Assembly (NCBI GenBank): GCA_048940925.1
Contig: JBHLOC010000075.1
Location: forward strand, 1-12,841
Source of the DNA: Promethearchaeota archaeon
GTDB taxonomy: Archaea; Asgardarchaeota; Lokiarchaeia; Sigyniarchaeales; SOKP01
Direction of reading: 5' to 3'
Length of the DNA: 12,841 bases
Below are positions 1 to 9,369 of the stretch, piece after piece. A program made the position numbers and the translations under genes. The notes under the pieces were generated by a model, which was not told the DNA's origin, did not search any database, and was given only the letters and a program-made list of their open reading frames with translations. Numbering within the stretch: position 1 is the first letter of the stretch; the number at the start of each line of letters is the position of its first letter.

Positions 1-897
1 GTTGGGAATGAAGCGAATATAGATATTGTAGATTGTTTAGAATATTATAAAGATGATAAATATACAGAAATAATCGGATTATATATAGAAGAAGTTAAGA
101 GAGGAAAAAGATTTTTAGAATTAGTAAAAAAGATCACACCTAAAAAGCCAATTATTGCGATTTATGTTGGAGGCTCTAAAGCAGGTAATCGAGCTCTCCA
201 GAGTCATACTGGATCTCTTGCTGGTAATTCTAAAATATATGAAGGAGTTTTTAAAGAGACAGGGATCATAAAAACAGATTATGTTCAAGAATTCTTAGAC
301 ATTGCCCTCATCTTCTCGAAAGGCATTGTGCCTAAAGGAAACCGTCTTGGAATTATAACTAACTCTGGTGGACCAGGGGTAATGGTGGCAAATAATGCTG
401 AAAAACATGGTTTAATAGTCCCAGAATTTTCTGAAACACTTCAAGAAGAACTAAAACGTGCTTCACCTGTGACTGCGACCTTTAAAAATCCTGTTGATTG
501 CACTTTTGACATGGATTTACCCTATTTCTATATTACTTTACCTGAAATTTTAATGAAATCAGGAGAAATAGACGCCATCATTCAATATGGAGTTGTTGGA
601 TTCCAAGAAGTTTTGGATGAATACCTTAAATACGATCAAATAGCTCAGCATGCTGAATTTCAGCATCAACCTGATGAAGTCGTTGATAAATTAGCTCAGA
701 AATTACTCCAACCAACTATAATGAATTCTCAAAAATATTCAGTACCAATATTATATATCAATCCAATGAGTTTTAATGCTCCTTGGTCTAAAAAACTTAG
801 GAAAAACGGAGTATTACTTTTTAAATTATGGGATCGTCCAGTAAATGCTTTAGCAAAAGTTTGTGAATATATAGAATATCTAAAAAAGAAGTTTTAA
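1..897 (+). CDS. ADP-forming acetate/acyl-CoA ligase (ACD) alpha-subunit-like protein, 5' end outside window
   Basis: Frame is open from base 1 (VGNEANIDIVDCLEYY...IGLYIEEVKRGKRF...KKPIIAIYVGGSKAGNRALQSHTGSLAGN) into the listed 328..897 ORF. It has the SHTGSLAG phospho-His motif (His codon 205-207), then ITNSGGPGV and NPVD, all typical of the ACD/succinyl-CoA ligase-like family. Confidence 0.92.
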   Translation, partial: VGNEANIDIVDCLEYYKDDKYTEIIGLYIEEVKRGKRFLELVKKITPKKPIIAIYVGGSKAGNRALQSHTGSLAGNSKIYEGVFKETGIIKTDYVQEFLDIALIFSKGIVPKGNRLGIITNSGGPGVMVANNAEKHGLIVPEFSETLQEELKRASPVTATFKNPVDCTFDMDLPYFYITLPEILMKSGEIDAIIQYGVVGFQEVLDEYLKYDQIAQHAEFQHQPDEVVDKLAQKLLQPTIMNSQKYSVPILYINPMSFNAPWSKKLRKNGVLLFKLWDRPVNALAKVCEYIEYLKKKF

Positions 898-1024
898 TTT
901 GAAAATAACCAATAATCTTTATCTTCTAATTTTGACAAGTTGTCTATTAGTTAGAATATCTTTTTAAAGGTATTTATCTATAATATTTAATAAATTCCAA
1001 TATCAATCTTATTAATTAACACGA

Positions 1025-2248
1025 ATGATCCAGTTGAATAGAGAAAAAGTCTTTATAATAACATCAATTGTATTAGGATCGGTAATTCTTTCATCTGCAC
1101 TAATTTCTTTTAATTTATACTTTAAGGATGATTCAGAGGGTTCTTTATCTTATGACTTACCAAACTATATCCACATAAATAACAATTGGTCACAGACAGC
1201 ATCATATTATGCTTGGTGTAAAGGTGGAAGTGGTACAGTAAATAATCCATACATTATTGAAAATATAGTTGTTGAGAGTGATAATGAAATAGCTTGCATA
1301 TTTATAGAGAATTCAAATAGACATTTCATTATAAGAAACTGTAAATTTAGGAATTCAAATTCTATTGGTATATATTTATCCCATATAACCAATGGAAAAT
1401 TAATTGATAATGAATGCTCTTTTAATCGTGAATATGGAATTTATTTGGATCATTGCAATAATATAGAAGTTAGCGGGAATACCATGAAATCGAATTTTGG
1501 TGCTGGACTATATCTACACGTTAGTGACTATAATACAATAGTAAATAATAATATCAATTACAACCGCGATGGTATAGCATTAATCTTAAGCAGTAATAAT
1601 TTTATTCAAGAAAATATGGTAAATAATAATGATAATGACGCATTAGGTTTTTGGCTTGAATCAAGTAATAATAGAATTGAAAATAACTCATTTAGTTATA
1701 ACGGTCGTGGGGTATATACTGAAGAAGGAGGTATTTATAATATTTTTATAGGAAATAACGCAAGTAGTAATAAACGTGAGGGATTTGATATTGATGATCA
1801 ATATAACATAGTTAGTCAAAATATTGCTAATTTTAATGGTTGGTATGGAATAAGCATTAGTTTTGGAGATAATTGTTCTATAATAAATAATACTGCTAAT
1901 TCTAATGGTATTCATGGAATAAAGATATCTTATAGTAATTTGAATGAAGTTAATTATAACAGAGTATTATTCAATAATAATTCAGGAATATGCCTTAGAG
2001 GGGCTGATAATTGCCTAGTTGAAGAAAATGTAGTAGAATATAATGGAAATAATGGTATTTTACTGATTAAGGCTGAATATAATCGATTAATTCGAAATCA
2101 TATAAAAAATAATACTTATGGTGTTAAGTTGGAAGATGAGTCAAGCAATAATGAAATTGTAGAAAATCTGTTAATTAATAATGAAATTTGTTACTTTGAA
2201 GAGATAACGTGTTTTGATAATATTTTCATCAGTAATGTTTGTTTGTAG
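1025..2248 (+). CDS. Membrane-anchored parallel beta-helix (NosD/CASH/PbH1 repeat) protein
   Basis: N-terminal hydrophobic segment (VFIITSIVLGSVILSSALISF), GSGTVNNPYIIEN motif, and many Asn-rich repeats of about 22 aa (GIYL..CNNIEVSGN, GIALILSSNNFIQEN, GICLRGADNCLVEEN). Confidence 0.88.
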   Translation: MIQLNREKVFIITSIVLGSVILSSALISFNLYFKDDSEGSLSYDLPNYIHINNNWSQTASYYAWCKGGSGTVNNPYIIENIVVESDNEIACIFIENSNRHFIIRNCKFRNSNSIGIYLSHITNGKLIDNECSFNREYGIYLDHCNNIEVSGNTMKSNFGAGLYLHVSDYNTIVNNNINYNRDGIALILSSNNFIQENMVNNNDNDALGFWLESSNNRIENNSFSYNGRGVYTEEGGIYNIFIGNNASSNKREGFDIDDQYNIVSQNIANFNGWYGISISFGDNCSIINNTANSNGIHGIKISYSNLNEVNYNRVLFNNNSGICLRGADNCLVEENVVEYNGNNGILLIKAEYNRLIRNHIKNNTYGVKLEDESSNNEIVENLLINNEICYFEEITCFDNIFISNVCL

Positions 2249-2285
2249 TGTAATAATTGCCAATAAATTGAAATAAGGAAGAAAT

Positions 2286-3902
2286 ATGAATATAAAAATT
2301 AAATCAAATTCAAAAAAAAAAAATATTGTTTGTGTTTTTTATTTATTATTATTATCATTTACTCTAAATAAAGTTGAAAACAGATATTTAATTGAAGATA
2401 GTTTCGAAGTAATAAAACCAATTGTGGGTAATGGTGACTCTGAAGGTCAAGAATGGGTTTCTTCTTATAATGAACATTACACTTATGGAAAATGTCTTGC
2501 TTTAGATTCTGATCAAAATGTAATAGTTGGAACTTCCACTTTAAGTGGATTTACTGTAGTTAAATATAATAATTTAGGAACCAAATTATGGGAAACTAAT
2601 TATTATAGACTTTGGGATTTTTTTAGAATAGAAGATATAGGAATCGATTCATCAGATAATATCTATGTTGCAGGAAGAGCTTTAGGAGAAATGATTGGAT
2701 GGGATCCTATTTACTTCTTGATTAAATTTAACCAATCTGGTTCATTAGAATGGGAACAAATGGGTTCTGAAGGTGAGTATAGTATTGGAAAAACACTTGT
2801 AGTAGATTCATCTGATAGAATTTATATTGGTATTTTAGATAAAAAATATAATGAATCTGATATTGTTTTGATGAAGTATAACAATTCTGGTGATATAAAC
2901 GGAATCTATAGGTGGGGAGGAAATAATGAAGATTATGTAGTTGATCTTGCAATAGATTCACTAGATAATATTTATGTTCTTGGTTATACAAATGAGACTA
3001 TAGGAGGAAATTATAATTTGGTTCTATTAAAATATAATGGATCTGGAAATTTATTATGGAATGTCACATGGGGTGGACCAAATGATGTTTATGGATTAGA
3101 ATTGCTCTTAGATTCTTCAGAGCAAATAAATGTTTTGGGATCCATAGTAGTAGATAAAAAAGAATTCAGTTTTTTATTAAAATATAATGTCTTTGGAGTC
3201 TTACTATGGAATAAAACATTCTATAATGATAAATATATTCATTTTACTTTAGATTCATTTGATAATTTTTACTTTGCACAAAATGGAGAATATTTTGAAG
3301 ATATGGGAACTGATATCTATTTAGCTATGTACAATAATACTGTGAATTTCCAATGGGATTTATTGTGGGGTGGTGAATTAGATGATTCCTTCAATGCGAT
3401 AACTACAGACCCAAATGATAATCTATATTTAACAGGGTATACAAGAAATTCAATGATATTAGTTAAAAATCCAACAGATAAGACTCTTTATTCCCCTCCA
3501 GGAATTTTTACATTAAACTCAAGCGCGTCTTATGCTAATAATACCGTTAATTTAATATGGACTGATTCTAGAGGCGCTGAAAATTATTCTATTTATACTT
3601 ATAATGATTACTTTAGGGACATCAATAATTCATCTAATTTAATAACAGAAGGTATTTTCAATAATAATTATTCAATTTCAGGATTACAAGATGGAGTGCA
3701 TTTTTTTATTGTGACTGCGCATAATAGAAACGGATATACTGTTTCAAATTGCATATATGTAATTATAGGTGAACAAATTGAAGAAAACGAGAATAAAACC
3801 ATGGAATTCTACCTTCTTTTAGCTATCTTCATGGGAATTGGGATAATTTATGTAGTTAGTTTTACGATCATCTATCGTAAATTCTTCCTAAAATTCACAT
3901 AA
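2286..3902 (+). CDS. Surface protein: SBBP-like beta-propeller repeats, fibronectin-III-like domain and C-terminal transmembrane anchor
   Basis: Signal-like N-terminus; repeated blades (IDSSDNIYVAG, AIDSLDNIYVLGYT, LLKYNGSGNLLWNVTWGG, TDPNDNLYLTGYT); FN3-like segment (LIWTDSRGAENYSIY...YSISGLQDGVHFFIVTAHNRNG); C-terminal TM helix followed by basic residues. Confidence 0.85.
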   Translation: MNIKIKSNSKKKNIVCVFYLLLLSFTLNKVENRYLIEDSFEVIKPIVGNGDSEGQEWVSSYNEHYTYGKCLALDSDQNVIVGTSTLSGFTVVKYNNLGTKLWETNYYRLWDFFRIEDIGIDSSDNIYVAGRALGEMIGWDPIYFLIKFNQSGSLEWEQMGSEGEYSIGKTLVVDSSDRIYIGILDKKYNESDIVLMKYNNSGDINGIYRWGGNNEDYVVDLAIDSLDNIYVLGYTNETIGGNYNLVLLKYNGSGNLLWNVTWGGPNDVYGLELLLDSSEQINVLGSIVVDKKEFSFLLKYNVFGVLLWNKTFYNDKYIHFTLDSFDNFYFAQNGEYFEDMGTDIYLAMYNNTVNFQWDLLWGGELDDSFNAITTDPNDNLYLTGYTRNSMILVKNPTDKTLYSPPGIFTLNSSASYANNTVNLIWTDSRGAENYSIYTYNDYFRDINNSSNLITEGIFNNNYSISGLQDGVHFFIVTAHNRNGYTVSNCIYVIIGEQIEENENKTMEFYLLLAIFMGIGIIYVVSFTIIYRKFFLKFT

Positions 3903-4142
3903 TAGATAAAGTAATAAAACCACCAGAGAATTTAGCAACTGCTTGAAAAGAGTTAAATTAAAAATTTTATAGTTTATTGAATGCTTTTTCTTAGTTCATA
4001 TTTCATAATTTCTGTATAGTCTTAGTTCTAGACGTTTAATTCTTATTATATCGATTATTATGTGATAACATTATTATGTATTATTCAATATTTTTTACAT
4101 CAATTTAAAAAAACGACAAAAAAGAAATATTTTGTGAAAATT

Positions 4143-6161
4143 ATGAGCGACGATAGAAAAAAATTGTGGGAACCATCAGATGAATGGATTAAAAGTGTAG
4201 AAGCGACTCATTTTATTGAATTTGTAAATAAGAATTATGGATCGAATATTAAAGGAGGAAAAGATCTTTATAAATGGTCTGTAGAACAAATACCAGATTT
4301 CTGGGATGCCATGTGGAAGTTTTCAGGTATTATTGCTTCTAAACCATATGATAAAGTAGTTGAAGACTTGAGTGTATTTCCTGGAACAAAATGGTTTCCT
4401 GGGGCAAAAATGAATTTCGCTGAAAATCTTCTTAAGTATAAAGACGATCAATTAGCTTTTATATTTCAGGGTGAGACTAAGGTATCAAAACAAATAACTT
4501 ATGCTGAATTAAACAAAACTGTTGCTCGTTTGGCAAAATCTCTTAAAGATGTTGGAATAAAAGTAAATGATCGCGTTGTTTCATATATTCCAAACTTAAT
4601 TGAAACACCTACGGCAATGCTCGCAACTACTGCTATTGGGGCAATTTGGGCTTCTTGTGGTGCTGAACTTCAGCCAAGTGCGGTTATCGACAGATTTGGT
4701 CAAATTGAACCTAAATTACTTTTTACTGTTGATGGATATTACTATAGAGATAAAGTGTTTGATATTAGAGATAACGTCAAAACGGTTGTAGAGGCTATTC
4801 CTTCAATAGAAAAAGTTGTTATTGTTTCTTACATCTCTGATGGTAAAGCAGATGTTAGTGGTATTCCTAAAGCTCAAAACTGGGAAGATTTCATTTCAAA
4901 AGAAGAAGAACCTAAATTGGAATTTGTACAATTACCTTTTGATCATCCCATCTATATAATGTTCTCTTCAGGAACGACTGGAAAACCAAAATGCATGGTT
5001 CAAAGTGGTGGAGGAGTTCTTATCAATCATTTAAAAGAACTAATTCTCTCCACTGATTGCAAAAGGAGTGATGTTATAAATTATATCACTGCGCCCTCAT
5101 GGATGATGGTTTAAGTATTCCTTATACCAGCCAAAATGTGGAACTGGCTTATCAGTGCCTTAGCCGTGGGCGCAACAATATTCTTATATGACGGAAATCC
5201 ACTATACCCAGATCCATTAAGCTTTTTTGAATTGATTGAAAAGCATAAAATCTCGATATTTGGGACTAGTGCAGCATATATCCATTATTTAATGGGTCTT
5301 GGTGTTAAACCAGGTGAGAAATATAATCTTAGTGCTTTAAGGGAAATATCACAAACAGCATCAACTCTTTCTCCAGAAGGTTTTGAATACGTTTATCATG
5401 AAATTAAGAAAGATCTCTTTTTCAATTCTATTAGTGGTGGAACAGATATCAATGGATGCTTTGCAGGAGCAATTCCAATTCTTCCTGTTTATTCGGGTGA
5501 ATTACAAGGGCGTGCATTAGGAATGAAAGTAGAAGCTTATAATGATAATGCAGAACCCGTTGAAGATGAACAAGCTGAGCTTGTGTGTGAAGCTCCTGCT
5601 CCTTCAATGCCAGTATATTTTTGGGGAGATGATGATAATATGACAAAATATAAGGCTGCTTATTTTGATCACTTTAAGGATAAAGGAAAGAATATATGGA
5701 GGCATGGTGATTATATAGTAATTCATAGCGATACTGGAGGAATAACTTTCTGGGGTCGTTCTGATGCAGTTTTAAAACCTTCAGGTGTAAGAATTGGTAC
5801 TGCTGAAATCTATAATGTAGTGGAACAACTTCCTGAAATCTCAGATTCATTGGTAATCGGTCAACAATGGGAAGGTGATATTCGTATTGTTATGTTTGTC
5901 CTATTAAATGAAGGTTATGAATTAACAGATGAGCTAAAAACAAAAATACAACAAACAATTCGAGAAAAGACAAGTCCACGACATGTACCAAAGTTAATAT
6001 ATGCTGCACCAACTGATGGGATTCCTTACACTTTTAGTAATAAGAAAGTTGAAATTGCTGTGACTAAAATTATACATGGTATAGAAGTAACTAATCGTGG
6101 TGCTCTAAGAAACCCAGAATCTCTGGATTTCTACATGGAAATGAAGGATAAACTTAAATAA
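4143..6161 (+). CDS. acsA: Acetoacetate--CoA ligase (acetoacetyl-CoA synthetase), interrupted; proposed join(4143..5105,5136..6161), 662 aa
   Basis: The ORFs ending at 5114 and starting at 5136 are in the same frame. Likely start is ATG 4143 (MSDDRKKLWEPS). Family motifs: WFPGAKMNFAENLL, YIMFSSGTTGKPK, WM-MWNWL, ISGGTDINGCF, WRHGD, GRSDAVLKPSGVRIGTAEIY, SPRHVP, PYTFSNKKVE. The only visible lesion is the 30-nt insert. Confidence 0.92.
5106..5135 (+). other. Candidate 30-nt bulge-helix-bulge (BHB) mRNA intron
   Basis: ATGGTTTAAGTATTCCTTATACCAGCCAAA contains an in-frame TAA (5112-5114), and its removal gives TGG ATG|ATG TGG AAC TGG (WMMWNW). Manual fold: exon helix 5095-5099/5137-5141, central helix UGGA 5100-5103/GCCA 5130-5133, bulges UGA 5104-5106 and AAA 5134-5136, intron stem 5107-5115/5121-5129. 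Confidence 0.72.
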
Positions 6162-6169
6162 AAAAAATT

Positions 6170-7279
6170 CTAATTCTTTTTTTTTAATTTAAAACATTTT
6201 CTTTTTCTATATAAGCTATCTTCATAATTAGTAAGCATTTCTCGCATTAGATCCATCCCAAGATAGATATTATAACCGATTCCTTCCCATTCACTATTAG
6301 TTTGCCAAATTTTATAGGTTATTTTAAAATAACATTTAACTTGTTGGATAAAATTAATGCTTCCAGACGTGATTACAGTTGATCCTACCTTACCATCACC
6401 ATCATAGTATCCTAAAATAAAAGCTAAATACAGTTCTCTCGAGGCTAATCTTGGTAATTCAATAAATTTGGATTTTTGATTTCCAACTATAAAACCATGT
6501 TTAATTAAACTATTTGCAAATTCGTCATTGACAAACCGAATCCTCACATAATCAGTTAAATCTCCTTCTCTTCTAATTTCAATTTCTTTATGTTCAAGAT
6601 TAAAACCAATGACATTAGCAAATTTATCTAATAAATCTTTCTCATCATCTTTATGCAATTCAACCCCAAATCTGATATTATTTCCATGTTTAGAAAGCCA
6701 AGCTTCTGCGAATAACCATCCTAACCAATAAGCCTTTTCTTTAGTATCAATATATTCGAAATAATCAATTTTTAAGCAAGGATGCCATCTATATATGCCG
6801 TATATCGATTTCTTTGGGTTATTTAAAATTATATATTTACTAAATAACTCAGAGATTTCTCTAGGGACTCTGCATAAATTTTTATTGATTTGAGATTTAT
6901 ACTCTTTAAGCGTTTCAATAGAAATTATGTAATTTGGATCTTGCTTTATCTGATCTTTCTTTTTTTTAATATGAAATCTTGTTTGCCCTAGAACAATACT
7001 TAATTGTTCATCTGTTAATTTACTATTCAATAATCTTTTTTCTGGAATATATTTAGCAATAACTCTTTTTAATTCATATATGAAGCTTAATGTATTATAT
7101 CTATTAGAGTTTATCGAAAATGTATTAAAATTGTTATCTAAATCTTTATAATTATAATTAATATCAATTTTTTTTTTAAAATAGGCTAAATTTTCACTAT
7201 TAGAACACTTTTTTTTAATCTTGTGATTTTGTAAGTAATACAAGTCATCAATTCTTATAATGGATTTGTTTTTAACCAT
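6170..7279 (-). CDS. Free-standing LAGLIDADG-family homing endonuclease-like protein with N-terminal extension
   Basis: YFEYIDTKEKAYWLGWLFAEAWLS (motif 1) and LYLAFILGYYDGDGKV (motif 2), separated by about 100 aa that include LIKHGFIVGNQKS. No intein or intron context is visible. The true start is uncertain. Confidence 0.85.
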   Translation of the reverse strand: MVKNKSIIRIDDLYYLQNHKIKKKCSNSENLAYFKKKIDINYNYKDLDNNFNTFSINSNRYNTLSFIYELKRVIAKYIPEKRLLNSKLTDEQLSIVLGQTRFHIKKKKDQIKQDPNYIISIETLKEYKSQINKNLCRVPREISELFSKYIILNNPKKSIYGIYRWHPCLKIDYFEYIDTKEKAYWLGWLFAEAWLSKHGNNIRFGVELHKDDEKDLLDKFANVIGFNLEHKEIEIRREGDLTDYVRIRFVNDEFANSLIKHGFIVGNQKSKFIELPRLASRELYLAFILGYYDGDGKVGSTVITSGSINFIQQVKCYFKITYKIWQTNSEWEGIGYNIYLGMDLMREMLTNYEDSLYRKRKCFKLKKKN

Positions 7280-7775
7280 AATTGAAGTCTCAAAGAATTT
7301 TTAGTTAATTTTATAAAATTGCAATATGTAAAACGAATATGTTTTTATCTTTATTAATCTTAATAGAGTTAGGATTTTGTCTTTATAATTAGTTAAAAAT
7401 TCTTTATTTTAATTTAAAAATTCAAAAATTAAATTATAATTTTTTTTGGAATACAACCTTAAATATCAAATAAATTTATCGTCTAAAGTGTAAATTCATT
7501 ATTTTTGAATTTAAATAGTAATATGGACTTAAGGATAACCTGTTTTGAAACCGAAGAATTTGTCTGCTATATTTGAATTAAATTTATTAATTTGAATCTA
7601 ATATAATTCTGGAATGAATAAATTCAAATTTTTGGAATTATTTGAATGAAAGTTATTTTAAGAAGGAAAGCTTCAATAATTTTTTTTCCTTTTTTTCCAT
7701 TAAAAACCTTATTAGGCATTACATCATTAGTCTTTAGCGATTCTATTTTATGTGATGATGAGCATATTGTTTTAA

Positions 7776-8176
7776 ATAGAAATCACCTTTGAAATTAAAA
7801 CAATTAAAATAAAATCCCCTTGGCATTACAAGGGCGAAAATAGCGAGGAAGAACTTATTATAAAACATGAACCAGACGGATTTTATTCAAAAAGGGATAA
7901 GATCAGCACGGAATTAATCATTAATTTATTAAAAGCAATTTCAGAGCCAATAGTAGTAGATTTAAACTTAGATGATTGGCGTATTACTCAAGAATGGTTA
8001 AATAATAACGCTGATCCTGAATTTAAAGAACCAACTTCTGCTCAAAAGAAATCATACTTTGATTATTTTACAGATTTAAAATGATGAAAAGAGTTTTGGA
8101 GAGCTATTACCAATATTTTCTATCTTATGTAAATATTGCCTTAAAACCACGCCGGATTATCAAGAATATAAGATGA
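7776..8176 (+). pseudogene. Degraded hypothetical gene
   Basis: 7776-8084 is a stop-free run of 102 sense codons with no ATG (IEITFEIKTIKIKSPWHYKGENSEEELIIKH...WRITQEWLNNNADPEF...YFTDLK*), in AT-rich DNA where such runs are unlikely by chance. It apparently continues after a frameshift at 8081 (MMKRVLESYYQ...). Confidence 0.55.
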
Positions 8177-8284
8177 AAAAAGTGGAGGATAAAATAAAGA
8201 AAAAACAAAAAAAAAGCCTTTTAAAATAGTTTCACAGCTCTTTCTTTTTACTTTATTAATTCAAAATTTGAAAATGAAAAAGAT

Positions 8285-8782
8285 CTAAACTAATTTTATA
8301 ACTTGAGCAAATAGCGTATTGAATTGAAAACGATTAGATATACTCGAACCACGGATTATAATTCGTATCACATGAGTACCTACAAGTGAATTATTAACCA
8401 TTTGGAGCGTAATCGATACTCTCGAAGCATATGTAGCATCAGGGTTATGGGATGATACACTTGGAGTTGTAATTAATACATTGTCGATTTCAAAATAGAC
8501 TGTTACAAAGGTTTGTGGTTCTACGAAAGCATCTCCAGAATATTGGACGTAAAGAGCTTCTTCGGCCGAAATAGAGACACTTAATTCTAAGGTACTAACG
8601 GAGATGTAATCATAGGCGGGATCAGTGTATAAAAATGTATCGTTTTTAATGTACCACGATTTTGGAGCAGAATTTGGTTTAGATTGAGAAAAAAATATAG
8701 TATAAAGACCTAATCCTAATCCTATAACTCCTACCAAGAGTGCTATAATGCTTAATCCTCGTCCTGATTTTCGAGTATTCAT
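8285..8782 (-). CDS. Hypothetical membrane-anchored protein (N-terminal TM helix, beta-rich ectodomain)
   Basis: 165-aa ORF with LSIIALLVGVIGLGLGLYTIFF as TM helix, followed by an alternating beta-strand pattern (LELSVSI, VTVYFEIDN, GTHVIRIIIRG). Confidence 0.8.
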   Translation of the reverse strand: MNTRKSGRGLSIIALLVGVIGLGLGLYTIFFSQSKPNSAPKSWYIKNDTFLYTDPAYDYISVSTLELSVSISAEEALYVQYSGDAFVEPQTFVTVYFEIDNVLITTPSVSSHNPDATYASRVSITLQMVNNSLVGTHVIRIIIRGSSISNRFQFNTLFAQVIKLV

Positions 8783-8944
8783 TTTTCTTTTGTCACAACA
8801 TGTAAGGCTTATTTTTTTTTGATATGTTTTAAATACACGACATTTTTAAAAATTTTTTCCTCATGATTAAAAATAGAAATTTTTATGAAGATCAATTATA
8901 TAAAAGAGCACATTGAAATTAGAAAATGAAAATTAGCTTAAGAT

Positions 8945-9237
8945 ATGACTTTTAAATGTGTAGATGAAACTGAAACAGAACATACGTGCTTTTAGTGAAA
9001 AAAACCTGCTTGTAAGGAACACATCTCCAAGCTTTTTAATAATACCAATTGAGGAATTAATAGTTCCCATTGGAGATTTTAAGCGAAATTCTTTCAAGAT
9101 CATTAAGGATGGAAGTGCTAACTGTTAAAGATTTGCCATTAGATTCGATTTTAACAAATATAGAAAAGTTAATTTTCGAGCTTGATAAGAATTATAAGGA
9201 TATAGCACATAAGTATGGAAATCCAACAAGTTTATAG
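8945..9237 (+). pseudogene. Possible decayed gene with zinc-finger-like N-terminus
   Basis: MTFKCVDETETEHTCF**KKPACKEH: TAG and TGA at 8993-8998 sit where a CxxC-x4-CxxH motif would need xC. A helical-looking fragment follows in another frame (9109-9237, MEVLTVKDLPLDSILTNIEKLIFELDKNY...). Confidence 0.35.
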
Positions 9238-9369
9238 TTAGGTCAATTTTATCCATAATTTTAAATAGAATTTAAATATTTCATTTCGGTTACAATAATA
9301 TATTAATGCATTTTGTAAAATAATTTAGATTTTTTATTTTAAATAATTTTTTATTATAAATCTTTCGAT

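Larger units (their letters stand above)
6021..9369. mobile_element. Putative insertion unit: replacement ligase 3' end, LAGLIDADG gene and cargo
   Basis: Bounded on the right by a displaced copy of the ligase 3' end (9370-9510) that corresponds to 6021-6161. No integrase or transposase seen. The left boundary could lie further upstream in the gene. Confidence 0.4.

Noticed and set aside
4062-4142. N-terminal extension of the listed 350-aa ORF (GTG start)
   Set aside because: Low-complexity AT-rich leader; family-like sequence begins at ATG 4143.
5109-5130. GT...AG (GTTTAAGT...CCAG) spliceosomal-looking mini-intron inside the insert
   Set aside because: Removing these 22 nt leaves 8 extra nt and shifts the frame; only a 30-nt excision restores WMMWNW.
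5114-5134. Alternative BHB register (GGUU/AGCC helix, UAA and AAA bulges, 21-nt excision)
   Set aside because: The spliced product still has an in-frame TAA, and the flanking helices pair poorly.
5106-5138. Insert read as a transposon footprint (27 nt with ATG target duplication), or as stop readthrough
   Set aside because: Not excluded but disfavoured. A footprint does not explain the pairing between insert and upstream exon or the correctly placed bulges. Readthrough of TAA would add 10 residues to a conserved core motif.
7410-7660. AT-rich inverted repeats (e.g. AATTCAAAAAT 7419-7429 and ATTTTTGAATT 7501-7511)
   Set aside because: Almost all A/T in an extremely AT-rich spacer, so expected by chance; no evidence for a MITE or ncRNA.
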